Part shown: positions 38,359 to 51,000 of the stretch, piece after piece | How positions within the stretch are numbered: the stretch's first letter is position 1 | Layout: every line of letters starts with the position of its first letter | Source of the DNA: Takakia lepidozioides | Taxonomy: Eukaryota > Plantae > Bryophyta | DNA: 64,000 nt | Assembly: GCA_030704615.1 (NCBI GenBank) | Contig: CM060733.1 | Span: forward strand, 40,672,001-40,736,000 | Direction: 5' to 3' | Notes under the pieces: generated by a model | Databases searched by the model: none | What the model was told of the DNA's origin: nothing | Seen by the model: the letters and a program-made list of their open reading frames with translations, nothing else | Program-made: the position numbers and the translations under genes

Positions 38359-41300
38359 CTACTCTCCTACACCCTCCGAGGAACTTGCCCCACCTTCCTC
38401 CTCATCCCCCTCATCCCCCCCATCCTCCGAGCTCTGTGATGCATCAGTTCCACTATGCCTCTCAAAAATTCCGTCCTCTCCTTGGGGGACTGTCCACCTC
38501 ACCTCCTGGGAATCTTCTGCCTCTTCTCCCCCACTTTCCTCGGCAGAATCCAAGACAAATCTACGAGCCTGACGGGCTCTCATAGCTGCTGCCTCCTCCC
38601 TCATCTTCATTTTCTTGAGGCTTGCCTCGTCTAAAATCTGCTGTACACGACTAAGTTCGGAAGACCTCCTAATGGACACCGAAGCAAGCCGGGCAGCATA
38701 AGTAGGAAGGATGTAGTCCCTTTCTGGACTAGGCATGAAATCCCCCCTCGCAAAAAAAGGCACGTTCCTCCTGCCCATGAACTGCGGTGTAGACGTCCCT
38801 CCTGCAGTACTTGGCATCCTGCAGTAAGAACAAATCCACTTTAAGAATGTCAATACCAGCAGAAGCAAAAAAAGGTCTTTCAATGAAATAAGAGAGCGAA
38901 GGGAGGTGCCTCACAAAATCAGGAGGCAACTTACAATGCGACCACTCACTCGTAAACCGGGGGCTCCTCGGCCTCGATCCCAACGTACCTCCCCTTGCTC
39001 CTTGTCGGATTCTTCCTCATCCTCCGAGGTTGCCTCTTCCTCTTTCGGTAGACATTCAGCCGCTGCAAGTTTGGAGTTGTGGAGGGCAGTATCTGGCTCG
39101 AAGGCAAAGACATGCGTGTTGGATAACGTCCCTGCCCACATTGAAGCACCTGAGGGACAAAGCGGGCGGTTAGTAGCATGCGGCATGCAATTGCAATCGG
39201 ACGAGGGGACAAACTATGCACGTGAAGGCTTACCCGTGCCGCATGTGAGGTCAAGAATCCGCCCTTGGACATCTGAGCACGTCTCCATGAGGGTTTGGAT
39301 GAAAGCAGGGCTCCGGGTCCGGCTGTACCGCCACGGTTTGCTTGTCTTTGTGCCCTTCGGGGGGCACATAGTTGTAGAGGACATCGTAGGTAACAAGGTC
39401 CACAACGGCATCAACAAGACGACTGTCGTTGCGGAATTTGAACGTAGACCCTCTCTTCACAAAACAATATGCCTCAAACACCAATGTCTGCACATCCAAC
39501 AAAAGAGGGATCAACTCCAGGGTCTAGTTCAGATACACCACAATATGAAGTGAATGCAATAGATTGATAACTTACACTTTGGCCCTTTGTTTGCAACCCC
39601 TGCGTATTGATGTAGAACCATTTTTTGAGGAGGACCGGGGTGACACTTTTCGGTGTCCACCTTGCCACAACATTGTATGTGGTCTTCCATCTTGTGGCAA
39701 GGACCACAATACATCCACCGTCATCGAGGAACATCCCCGCCAGCCCAAACCCGGCTCTCCAGTAGTCCTCAGTAAACCTGTTCCAGGTGGGCACACCATG
39801 AAGGACTTCTTCACAACTAATTTTCATGCGCCACATAAGGCCTCTTACATCCTCGAAATGTAGGGACTAAAAAGAAAGGCATCACGTATGTACCTGTACA
39901 GAAGGCGCATTGCCGCTTTGTCCGCGTTTGGCTGGTCGGTGAACTCGTGGCTCCGGCGGGCATGGGGTATCTCTCGAAAGAATAGGTTGGTTTTGTAGAG
40001 CAGAAAGTACCTCGTCACATAGTCGCGTAGGCTCTCTGCTTCACCAGAAATCTCCAGCTTGAACTGATGTGCTTGTGTGTCAAGCTGCTCTTGCGCATTC
40101 ATCGTCACCTGTGGAGATTCTCCATCAGACCGCTTTCCTAAAAAAAAACAATAAATCCATCGGAGTAAAAGCCCCAAATGAAGCGTGGGAAAGTACCTGA
40201 AACCACTATGTCATGCGGTTCATCCACATGTCGAATGTGGGGTCGGACAGTTTGTCGGGTTTGGGGAAGCTCCACATGTCCCTTGTACTTTGGGAACCAT
40301 TCCAGATTTGGAGCCACCGGGTCTGTCCAACCACCCAGCATATTAGTAAGCGCCAAACACCACAAAAACAAATTGCTGCCACGACAATTTGGTTAAGAAT
40401 GTATAACCTTTTCTGTTGCATCCACAAATGATGTGGCTAGATGTTGCAGCTTCTCCAATGTCATCGTGGGCTTCAGTGCGCGGGAATAGTGCTTCCCCAC
40501 CTCCACCAGAAAGTCGGCACCAAGGGCGGGATCAGCTATGGCCACGTACTTTACCATCCGCGACTTGTACTTTATGCGGGCCTTCGCCTCCGCAGCTTTG
40601 AGATACGATTCTAGTGCCGGGAGGGTTAGTTTCTTCTCTTCTGACTCTATGTAGAACCTTCGCGCATATGCCAAATCCTGCTGAATTTTCGTCTGTCAAG
40701 AATGCGCAGATATGATTAGAAATCCTGGTCAAAACTTTTTCTTCTATTGGGGGAGGAGAGACAAATAAGCTGAACAAAACAGTCAGGAGCTTTACCCGAA
40801 ATATGTAGTCCACCATGGCGTCCATACTCAGCCTATACCAGGTTCTGTTTGTCTTTTCCTCCGACTTGCACAAGAGGTCGGCACTGAGCGAATTGGCAAA
40901 CTCTTGCACCCCCTGCTTCCCGACATCCTTCACTCGGAAGAGCATATGGGACAAGTTGGTGGCAATGAAGGCATTCTCAGTCACCCTGCAATGCCACATT
41001 TCCATTAAACAATACTGAAATGTGAATTTGCAACAAATATGACGATTGGCAATGAAATGACTGTTTCAAATTCAAAGTTCCAAAGCAAGAGGCATTGTAA
41101 CTTACGAGTTGATGTCTGCCATTGCCGCTTTGAGAAGACTGCGATCTTTGGGCCTGAGCACAACACACTCCACGGCGAAATGCCAATCTAGGTCATTGGG
41201 GTGGGCTTGGGCTATGTACTCGGCCATCCATGCCAGGAGGCGATGATTGCCGTCCCACATGTAAAACATCTTTCCGGACAAGTGCTGGAAAAGAGGATCA

Positions 41301-42500
41301 GTAGCAATCAATCTCTTGAACTCCTCATTTCGCCTTCGCCAATGGGGACCCCATTTGTTCACCTCACCGGAAGTGTGGGCACGAGAAGCTCTGTGGTCGT
41401 TCTCCATGGAAACGTAAAACGCGGCAGACCCCATTCGATATCCCTCCCGGAAGAGAATTTCAGCTTGTTGATATCGCCTGGGAGGGTAGGTCTCACCACC
41501 TGCAATGAAACCAAGCGGCAAAGGGGAATCCAAAGCTTGGCCGGGTAAACCATGCCCCGCAGGACCCTGCCAATGTTGCTGTGGGTTGCCTCCAACATCT
41601 TGGCAGCGCCCAACTTCATATCGCCTCCGACATGACGTCTGTTGTAGGGGGGTTCTCCGGCAGCCCACCCGGACCGCCAAATCCAGCTTGTATGCTCCGG
41701 GTTTGGGGCCTGGGGATGTCCGGGAGGATGTCATCCTGGTCAGAAAGCTCCCTCTCGTCGTCCTCAACATGGTCAACCTCCGGCGGAAGCACCTCGAGCA
41801 CTCTCCCCATCTCTACTGCCCTCTCCCCAGCTTCACCTCGAACTTCCACAATCCGTGTTCTTTGTGGTGTTCTTTCCCCTCCTCCAGTCTCCACCGCATG
41901 GGTAATTGCGGGGGCTGCTCCCACCTGCGATGGTGTAACCGGTGTGTTACTGCCTGTTTGTGGTGTCTTGGAGGGATCCACCGTCTCTGCGAGTCCCTCG
42001 CTTACATGGGCATCTGTCATTTCGACACCCCTGGCCTCCTCGCTACCTCTTGCCTCCTCGCTAGCCTTTTGTCTAACTGTTCCTTTGCCCTCTCTTTTGC
42101 CCTCTCACGGGCCTACCACCTTTGATTGAGGCGAACTGACACCCTCGCACGCCCTGCTCACTCCACCCTCCGCAGCCCGTGACGGCTCTCTCGACGGGGA
42201 TTGCATGTGCTTGGCTTTCTTCTTCTTCTTTGCGAGGGCGGGCCCTACTACATGTGCATCAGCTTCCTCCATTGCCGGATTTGTTGTCCTCATCCGACGC
42301 TCTTCACCTGCCATGCCGCCTACACCAACCTCCCGAATGCCTATTATGTCGTACTCTCGCTGCAGGTCCTCCTGTCCACCAACAAAAGGAGAAAGATTTA
42401 GTTTGCCCTCCCGCCCCAAGTTGGGCGATCCAAACATGCAATGAGTAGTGGCTTTTGGAGTGACTGCTCGAGCAGTTGGAGCTGTCGATGATACCACCAG
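38359..42500 (-). pseudogene. ParB/Srx-like + beta-class amino DNA methyltransferase fusion, copy 2 (disabled, internal deletion)
   Basis: IPLCRLVSLQVVRP, GYRMGSAAFYVS, FYMWDGNHRLLAW (~41240-41257), AMADIN; KYVAIADPALGADFL; AMRLLYR; YWRAGFGLAGMFLDDGGCIVVL; RSPAFIQTLMETCSDVQGRILDLTCGTG/ASMW...VFAFEPD; last exon PFFARGDFMPSP. Collinear with copy 1 and shares intron positions. Frameshifts and stops present; the 5' start is uncertain. Confidence 0.78.
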
Positions 42501-43530
42501 CATGTCGGGCTCGTCATCACTCTATCATCCCCAACAATCGTGAGAACCAACATCGCCATGAAAACCACCATCGCAACGAGCATCACAACCACCATCGCAA
42601 CAATCATGGAACAACAATGAAAACAAACCCAAGCAATGCCTAAGAATCACATGCAGAAGTGGCCTTCTCCAGAGCTGCTGGCTTTGCACACGCATTGCAA
42701 ACTATCTAAGGTTCACTCAACCAGTAACTTGCAAAAATGAACATGAAACACGATGAACAAATGAACACGATTTCGATAAGACGGGAAAACACGGTGAAAT
42801 GTTTTGAAGGCACTTCATCTGCCGAGACAATCTTCTCAGCTCAGCATTGATTTCCTTAATTCTGGGATGCAACCTGTCATCTACAGCGAAGGTGGGCACC
42901 CTATTGCAAATCTCAATGCAGCAATGACCTGTCTCCTTTCTAGCCCCTTTGACCTTGATCATTCTTCTCACCGACTTGTGCTTTTGCGAAGCAACCATGC
43001 ATTTTCAGGGCTGCCAGGCTGAAGATGCCAAAACAAACAAAAAAATGCGAAGAAGACCGCACATGTTACACAAAGCAAAAGAGGAAGGGGCTTGCCTGAG
43101 AGTGCTCGGCTTCAGTTGGCGCGGGCTGTGAGCAAGACAATGGGATCTCCTGCTGGAGCTTCAGTTTGGCCATGCGAGAGGTTGGACGCCGCCCGTAGTA
43201 CAAAGCCTTCAGCTTCCGCCGCGGTCTGGATGTGGGGTTTCTCTCAGAAGAGCCACGCCCTTCTCCACGCGGCATAAGTCCCAACAAAAGAAAAAATCTC
43301 CCGCAGTATGCGTGCATACATGCCTCGAATGGAACTTCATCCAAGCGTCACATCAGGTGTCGAAGGCGTATCCGGGAAGCAAGCGCGGAATCCCTGTGGA
43401 ACATCCGGTTCAAAACCGACGGCGGAGGACATTTAATGCGCAATTGTGCCATTAAATGTCATAGGTATGGAGGTTGGCCACAGGCACCGACTGGCCCACC
43501 CTCCCCCCGAGACTTCATCAATCGCCAGCT

Positions 43531-43850
43531 GGATGGAAAAAACGGCACCGGATGAAGTAGGACGCAACGTGGCCTCCCTCCGCCCGAGCCGTTCTCATCC
43601 AGGAGATGCCGGATGGAAAACCGACGCCGATTTTCCATCTTGCAGGTAATTCGGAGCGCGGCCGGATGGGAAACCGGCGCCGAATTTCCATCCTGCAGGT
43701 AATTCAGAGCGCGGCCGGATGGAAAACCGGCACCGAATTTCCATCCTGCAAGAAAGACGGAGCGCGGCGGATGGAAAATCGGCGCCGAATTTCCATCCTG
43801 CAGGTAATTCGGTCCACCTCATCGATGGAAAACCGGCACCGAATTTGTCT
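43531..43850. repeat. Palindrome-2 array, block A (~53-bp period)
   Basis: GATGGAAAACCGGCGCCGAATTTCCATC-like copies at 43612, 43665, 43718 and 43770, with partial copies at 43532 and 43824. Confidence 0.9.
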
Positions 43851-43998
43851 TTAGCGGACGAGAATGGTGGGAATAACGTGCCAAAAGTGGCATGTAGGGA
43901 AAAAACTCCAAGTTTAGTGTGTAACCAGACAAAAAAACGCGAAAAACTTGATGCAACGACTAAAAATTGTTGATGAAGGGCCGATACGGTCGTCTATG

Positions 43999-44330
43999 GA
44001 TGGAAATTCGGCGCCGTTTTTCCATCCGGGGGATGTTCTCTGTCGGCCAGGTGTCGGCCTCTCCCCTCGAGACGACTTCATCCGTGCGGCCTCGGATGGA
44101 AATTCGGCGCCGTTTTTCCATCCGGGGGATGTTCTCTGTCGGCCAGGTGTCGGCCTCTCCCCCCGAGATGACTTCTTCCGTGCGGCCTTGGATGGAAATT
44201 CGGTGCCGTTTTTCCATCCGGGGGATGTTCTCTGTCGGCCAGGTGTCGGCCTCTCCCCCTGAGACGACTTCATCCGTGCGGCCTCGGATGGAAATTCGGC
44301 GCCGTTTTTCCATCTGGGGGATGTTCTCTG
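43999..44330. repeat. Palindrome-2 array, block B (96-bp period), inverted relative to block A
   Basis: GATGGAAATTCGGCGCCGTTTTTCCATC at 43999, 44095, 44191 and 44287, with near-identical spacers. Confidence 0.93.
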
Positions 44331-44579
44331 GCAGGCACGTGGGGCCGTCACCCTCCGATTGGACGTCCTGTCGAAGTAAATTCTGCGCCTCATTCCTGGG
44401 TACGGTTATATTAAATGGTGCTCTTTTCCTTTGCCACTTGCCCGACCTTCGCTCGTGACGCATGCGTTTCAAACCGAGACAGCAACAACACTTCCTCACT
44501 CCGAGCTCCTCATCTTCCCCACACTCCCCCTTCCTTGCACACCCTCTCTGCTTCCTGGCAGCCCTATCAGTAGTCCTCT

Positions 44580-45140
44580 ATGGCGTGTCGGGATCCCATT
44601 AACTGCCCAAACAAGCATCGCACCCCGTGGGACTTCTCGCCCAAGTCAGGGGATAATTTCATATACTTGCAGGATTGGATAGACCACTCTCAGCAGAGGA
44701 GGGTGCACCTGTCCGCTCTTGAGTACCTTCCTGGCTTCCACGATCAGCTTCGCGGGGACGGGCTTGCGCGGCTTTGGTGCCTGCGAATCGTTGATCTGCA
44801 GTATCCACCTACATGGAACATCCCCAAAAGCCGCATGGCCTTCCTACATCATTGGAGGTGCTGCCAATGGGTCTATGAGGATTGCATCGGGTGTACGTAC
44901 ATGCCAGAGAGGATTCCATCGCAAACAGTGTATGGGGACATTCTCATAAGCTACGAGGATGAGTCCTATGGACACAATCTCTCCACAGCAAAGATCTCGG
45001 TTTACGATGGTGCATATATCGGAGGACATGACACCGCTGTCCACTACACCAAAGCATAACGGGCTGCATCCATTGTCTTCACCTACCGACACCCTGTCAG
45101 TCATGAGCTTGTTGAGAGGCCAATGGAGGTTTCAGCTTCT
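44580..45140 (+). pseudogene. Unknown conserved protein (ORF-X), copy in the MULE element; premature stop at 45057
   Basis: Homologous to 28029-28742. Homology continues past the TAA (IVFTYRHPVSHELVERPMEV). Confidence 0.62.
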
Positions 45141-45620
45141 TGGTGAGGATAATGCAACACGGGAAAAAATTCCCAACTTACCTAAGCATGGATGGCATGC
45201 ATACTTTTGGCTTCCCTCGGCTTGTGAGGGCATGCATACTTGTCACAGTACATTATTAATAAAAATGTCTCCTTTGAACCAAAGTTCCACTTTTTGTGCA
45301 ATGTTGCATTTTGTTGTATGTTGACTTTTGGCAGCGAGGGTCTGGCACTCAATCTTGTAATCAGACCCACTGGAATGCCACCTCTGTCAGTTCCCTCTGT
45401 CCATGGGGAAGGTGCTTGCACGCTCGCCCCCCCACGCTTCTTGTCAGACTCCGTAATGATTGGTTTGCGCAGCGCATCTGCACAGTTCATATACCTTCTG
45501 ACTGCATACCGTTGGCAGTTATTGCGCAAAGGCCAGGGGCCGCATTCCGCAGACAAGGTTCATTAACTCTCTGACGGTGGATTTTCGGGAGAGTGGGCTC
45601 CCCGGATTCGTGAATATGCT

Positions 45621-48030
45621 TTGTCGCTTGCAAAAATCGGCCCTGCATTCATTCCCCTCGTTGCATCCCCCCTTCTCCCAGGGCGCTTGTCCGAACGCCG
45701 TCCTGGCAGTCTTGTGTGCACATCTCCCATGGCAGAAAACCCGAGCGCTATAGTGTACTACCCTCCTCACGAGCATAGAGCTACATTTCCGTGCAGAGGG
45801 GAGATCTGCCGGGTGATGGAGAAATATCTCTGCGTTCGATACCACCTGAAACCGGGGTCGGTATTTTTGGAGGAGGAAATGAAGGATTCAAACGGAATTG
45901 TAGTCGAAATTATTGTTATGCTCCACGATGATTTCAGTGACGGAGGGGAATGGCGAGTTCCACCATCAGACAGCGTCATATACAGGGCTGTTGGGGACTT
46001 CATTTGCCCGCCAAATGCGCCTTCTATCCTGGCGCCTTCCACGAAACAATCCGCGAATCAGAGAGTGGGTACCTCAAAGAGAGAAGTCCGCAACGAAGTA
46101 AATCCAGAGCCAAACCCATCCATAAAGACGAGCAAGAACCGGGTTGTTCACAACCTGTCTGACTCCAACGAGGTCATGGAAGTTCCGAGATTATCCTGGA
46201 GATCAGGCAAGTCCTCAATGGACATCAGCGGACGAGGGAGTCATATTCCCAGCACGAACACAACAGTTCGATCCATTCTTGAAATTCTGCGAGGGCTTCA
46301 CATGGAGGGACACCGCTCGGAGCTAGTTGGGCTGGACTACAGCATGTTCGCAATTAAATCCGTTACATGCCTTCCCGTAGACATCGACGGTAATATGTTC
46401 TTTGAGTTCCCTCCTCGAACAGACTATTCAAGGGCGTCCGGAATGTTGACAGATATGGATAGGAAACATGACGGTCATCCTTGGTGCGTCACCAAAACCA
46501 CCAGCATGAAGATGCTCGATGGTGTGCGGGTGCGCTACGTTGTTTGTGCGGGCGCGTTGCGGTGTTTCTCCCCAACTTGCTTCCACTTTAAATCCAGAGG
46601 ACACAGGAACGAGACGGATTGGACAGGCACAACTCATCAACCATTTCGAGCTCAAGAGAAGGTTCCAAACTGCACATAGTGTGAGCATTGCAAAGAACCA
46701 CCACATTGCATGTCTGTTTGTAATGCCAAGTAGTTCTATGTGTTTCATTGTTTCCCTGATCTCACACGAGCTTGCATACACGTTGGTTCCCATTGTCACA
46801 AATTGGCGAGGGGGAACTCACGGGAGGCTGCCCACGAGGCAGAGCAGCTCGTTCAGGAGGAGGTTAAGTTGAGACCTGGTGCCAAACCCAAACAGATACA
46901 GCTGCAGGGCGCCCATAAGATGGCATTGGCCAAAATTATGTTGGAAGACGGCTCCGACAGAGTTCCTCTGGATGAAAAAGAAATGGAGGCATTGCTGGAG
47001 TCAATGTCCCACGTCTGTTCACCGAATGTCCAAAACCACATTGTCTCCTGCAAACAGAAAATTGGACGTGGCTCGGATATGCACTCCATTCTGGAGGTGA
47101 AGCGACGATGTAGATATGACTACATTCATGGAAGTAGGTTTCCTGGACAAGGGACTGAGGCAGATCGTTGTTTCGTATTCAAAATGTCCACGTGTGGGCC
47201 TGGCAGCGGCGTCGAACTGGTCGACCGGATGACGAGTGGGGACTTGTCAAACAGTTGGGTCATGTTCGACCATATCAAGCGAATTACAAATCACCAGTGG
47301 GTGACAATGGCTGCACATGTCTACGACACCCACTGCAGGATGCTAATGACAATTGCTATTTGTGAGATGAAAGGAGAGGACACACAATCGGAAATGCTTC
47401 TTTGGCAGGGAATAAACGAACAGATGGCCAGGGCGGGATTGCCCCCTCCCAATTCCGTGGTTTCATGGCGGACAACGCACAAGCAAATTGGGCTTCCATC
47501 CGAAGGGTGTACGGGGAAGACCCCAATGTTCCGATGGAAGGCAAGGAGTGATCTTGTGGGTTCCATTTTCTGCAGAGCTTGTCGCAGTACACAACCCGGC
47601 TCATGGCGCCAGATTTCAGAGAGGAGCACCGTTCCATGTGTCTTGCGTGGAAGCATGCTCCCACCTTGGATGATGCAGAGACACAGTTTGCATGTATACG
47701 GGCTTGGTAGACAACGTCAGGTGCTGTAAAGAAATCAGACGAGGGAGCAATGGTCAGGTGACTAGCATGGTGGCACTATCGTTTCCTCCAGTTCGGCGAC
47801 TATATGCGGGAGGAGTTGGACGAATTCGCGTCCCGTTGAATATTATGCTACTCATTATTTGTAACTTGCTTGTAACCTCAACATGTGCATGTGCAGGAAA
47901 TGTGTATGGACTCCGACACCGACATGCCGACAACAAACATGGCCGAATCAGTACATTCTTCCTGACGTGCCTCCTCTGCGGCGCATCTAGTGGACATCCT
48001 CACTGCCACAACGGATGTCGCGCACCTCAC
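45621..48030 (+). pseudogene. Mutator-like (MULE) DDE transposase with GCM-type Zn-binding domain, disabled and interrupted by Gypsy
   Basis: DGHPW, CAGALRC...C, C..C...C...C, GSHCH (GCM-like). WVMFDHIKR...HVYD, (F)RGFMADNAQANW, SCGFHF (MULE core CxxH). In-frame stops at 46677 and ~46731, frameshift ~47455. Confidence 0.7.
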
Positions 48031-48033
48031 TTC

Positions 48034-51000
48034 GGTAAGCTCCCCCTCAAGTCATAGTTACTCGCTTTGATGCGCGCGCCTGACTCCCAACCTGGCCGCC
48101 GGGCCAACTTGGAGCTTCGGCAGCTCACCGGGGCATAACGGTCCCCCTTTGTTCTCCCAAAGAACCCTCCACCGATTTGGAACCAGCGGGAATTCCCTTT
48201 GGTAGTTGGCAGTCCGGAACAGCTCCCCACTCTTTGGTCGCTTTCCGGCTCGCTCGCTTACTTACTAGTTTTTGGTCACCAACGGGCTTGCACCGTTCTC
48301 GGGGTTACTACTCCCCCCTATATATACTTCTGTAGCTGTCCGCGGGGGTTTCACAACCAGCCATGCCATTTTATGGCGAACCACCACGAAAACCCTCGAC
48401 TCCCGGTGATGAATCGCGGTGAGTCTTGGCCCACTCACCACGGTCCCTATGAACCGTGATGAGTCCCAAGACTCCCCACGACTCCCACCACGAGGTCTCC
48501 GCCCCCATGGTGAGTCCTATGTCACCCCCACTAAGTCCCGCTAAGCTACCACCACCCCTTGTGGAGCCACCCCCACCGCAACCCGGTGTGCGGGGCTCCA
48601 TCTAGTGAGCACCTCCGCTTCCCTGAGTGCCTTGGGCACTCAAGGGTGCTTCAGTCCCCCATACCTATCGCTGCCGCTGCCCCCACCATAGGGGCAGCCC
48701 CTCATGTGTCCCGACCCCCTGCCCTCAAGGCAAAGGGCCGCGACACACACCCCTACCTACAGGGAGTCGATGTCCTCATCGACTTGTCCATTTTGTAGAA
48801 ACGAACATCCAAGTTGTGGCGTCCCACATCAAGGAGTTTGTTTCCGTACCATGGCGTCCCATGGCAAAGAACCCAACCCCACACTTGACTCTACTCTCCA
48901 CTACCTAGTTCGGCCGACTTCCTCCAAGTCCCGGCCAAGGGTGGAGCCTCTCCAGCTCCTCCCAGTGCACTCTTCTTGGCCTACTTCAAGGCCAAGGAAC
49001 GATCCTCCCCGAGGATCGAATCGCCTTACTGCAACAACATTGCTTGCGACCGCTCATGATGCCGCTTTTGGCATCACCTTGAGCAAGGGTTCACCTGGAA
49101 TCCTCTTTGACTAGGAAGATAACCTTGAACCAACCGTGCGCCCCAATCACTACAATTGGGTCCGCCTTGGAATGCTGGCCTGAGGTATGGGAACACGCCG
49201 AAGCCGCACTACGACTTCGTCCCGAGGCTACACGATTATAGTACGTGAACGGAAGCACGTAGCTTCCGCGTTAGCCCGCACTACAAGGCAACCACCTTGC
49301 GCAGTTATAGTACGCGCACGCGCCAGGTGCGCACTAGCACGTGAACTCCCAAAGAAGGCGCAAGTTTCCTTGCCCCTTGGATGGGGGTCACCCGATTTCG
49401 GCACTACGCAAACACACGATTAACCCAATTTACCTCTCCCACTTTTATAAGCTAGCATGCATTCTACACACTAGCCAACCATACCATGCATCACCATTCT
49501 AAACAAAATAGGAAGCACAACATTTGGAAGCCATTTCATTTATAGCACGTTTTGCACTATACAAGTTTTTGCAATCGGATTCCTAAGCTAGCTAAGCTGG
49601 GCTAAGCATGCATTTCCTCCCCCACGCTCCAAGGTTGATGTCCCCATCAACGCTTCTTCCGCTTTTGAGGTCGCCCTTCGAAAGCTGCAACCGCCTCGGA
49701 TGCGTTTCCCATTTCTGAGGCACGCACCCAAGATGCCTCCACATGATGATAGCCCTTCCATTTGACGAGATACTCCGTTTCTCGGTTCTTGAACCTCCTT
49801 GACTTAAGTATTGCCTCCACCTCGTACTCAGGTTCATTTCATGATCAAACAGCATAGGTGGCGGACGCAACACTTGATGCCGATTCGGACGCGCTTCATC
49901 TTTGAAGTAAGGCTTCAAAAGGGAGACATGGAATACTGGGTGCACCTTGCTGTTTGCCGGCAGCTCCAATTCATACACATCCTCATTCATAACCTTCCGA
50001 ATGCGAAAAGGTCCCGCATACGGAGGTACGAACTTCGGACTCACTTCCGGAGGTAGTCGGAAATTCTTGATGTTCAACCAGACCTCCGTGCCTGCCTCAA
50101 ACTTCACTTCCCTCCGCTTCCGATTCGCCTGCCTTTCATACCGTTTCCTAGCTTTGGCAATGTTGTACTTTGCGAGCTTCAACAAACGCTCGCGTTCTTC
50201 CAGTACCGCCGTTACTGCCGGTTCCTCAACGTCCTGGGCGGCCCAACTTGTCGGCACCAGAGGTGCTTTTCCATAGACCAATACGAAAGGGGAAACTCCC
50301 GTTGCGGAGTGTTCTGTGTTATTATAACAGAACTCTGCCGCGTCTAAGTGTTCCACCCAGTCTGTTTGGTCTGCCGACACGTAATTCCACAAGATCTGCT
50401 TCACTACGGAATTCACTCTTTCTGTTGGCCGTCGGTCGTAGGTCGGAAGGCGGTGCTCATCTTCAGCCTCGTCCCCATCTTCTTCCAAAGTGCCCTCCAA
50501 AATTTACTCGTAAACTTTGGATCGCGGTCCGAGACAATATCCCTCGGGACTCCATGATGCTTTAAGACGTGGGCGAAGTAAAGTCGCCCTGTTTCCTACG
50601 CCGTAGCCGTCTCCTTGGTGGGGATGAAATGACCCATTTTACTGAACCTATCCACCACCACCATGATTGCATCGAATCCTTTTGACAGCGGCATAGCAGT
50701 CATGAAATCCATCGAGACGCTTTCCCAAGTCCCCTCTGGAATCGGCAAGGGTTGTAACAGCCCCGCTTGCTTTTTGTACTCGCTCCGGTTTTGTTGGCAT
50801 GTGGTGCATGTCTTGACATACTCCTCTGCCTCCTCCCTCAGTTTGGGCTAGAAATACTCTTTCTTCAAGAGTGCCGCAGTGCGCTTGGCTCCGCCGTGGC
50901 CCGCAAGCGGGCTATCATGGCATTCTCTCAAGAGGCTATCTCTGATCCCTCCCTTCGGCACGTAGAGACGCTTTTGCTTATACCGGAGCAGTCCATTTTG

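Noticed and set aside
43595-44499. Repetitive ORFs over palindrome array 2
   Set aside because: Open in several frames on both strands because of GC-rich repeats with a 96-bp period; no coding evidence.
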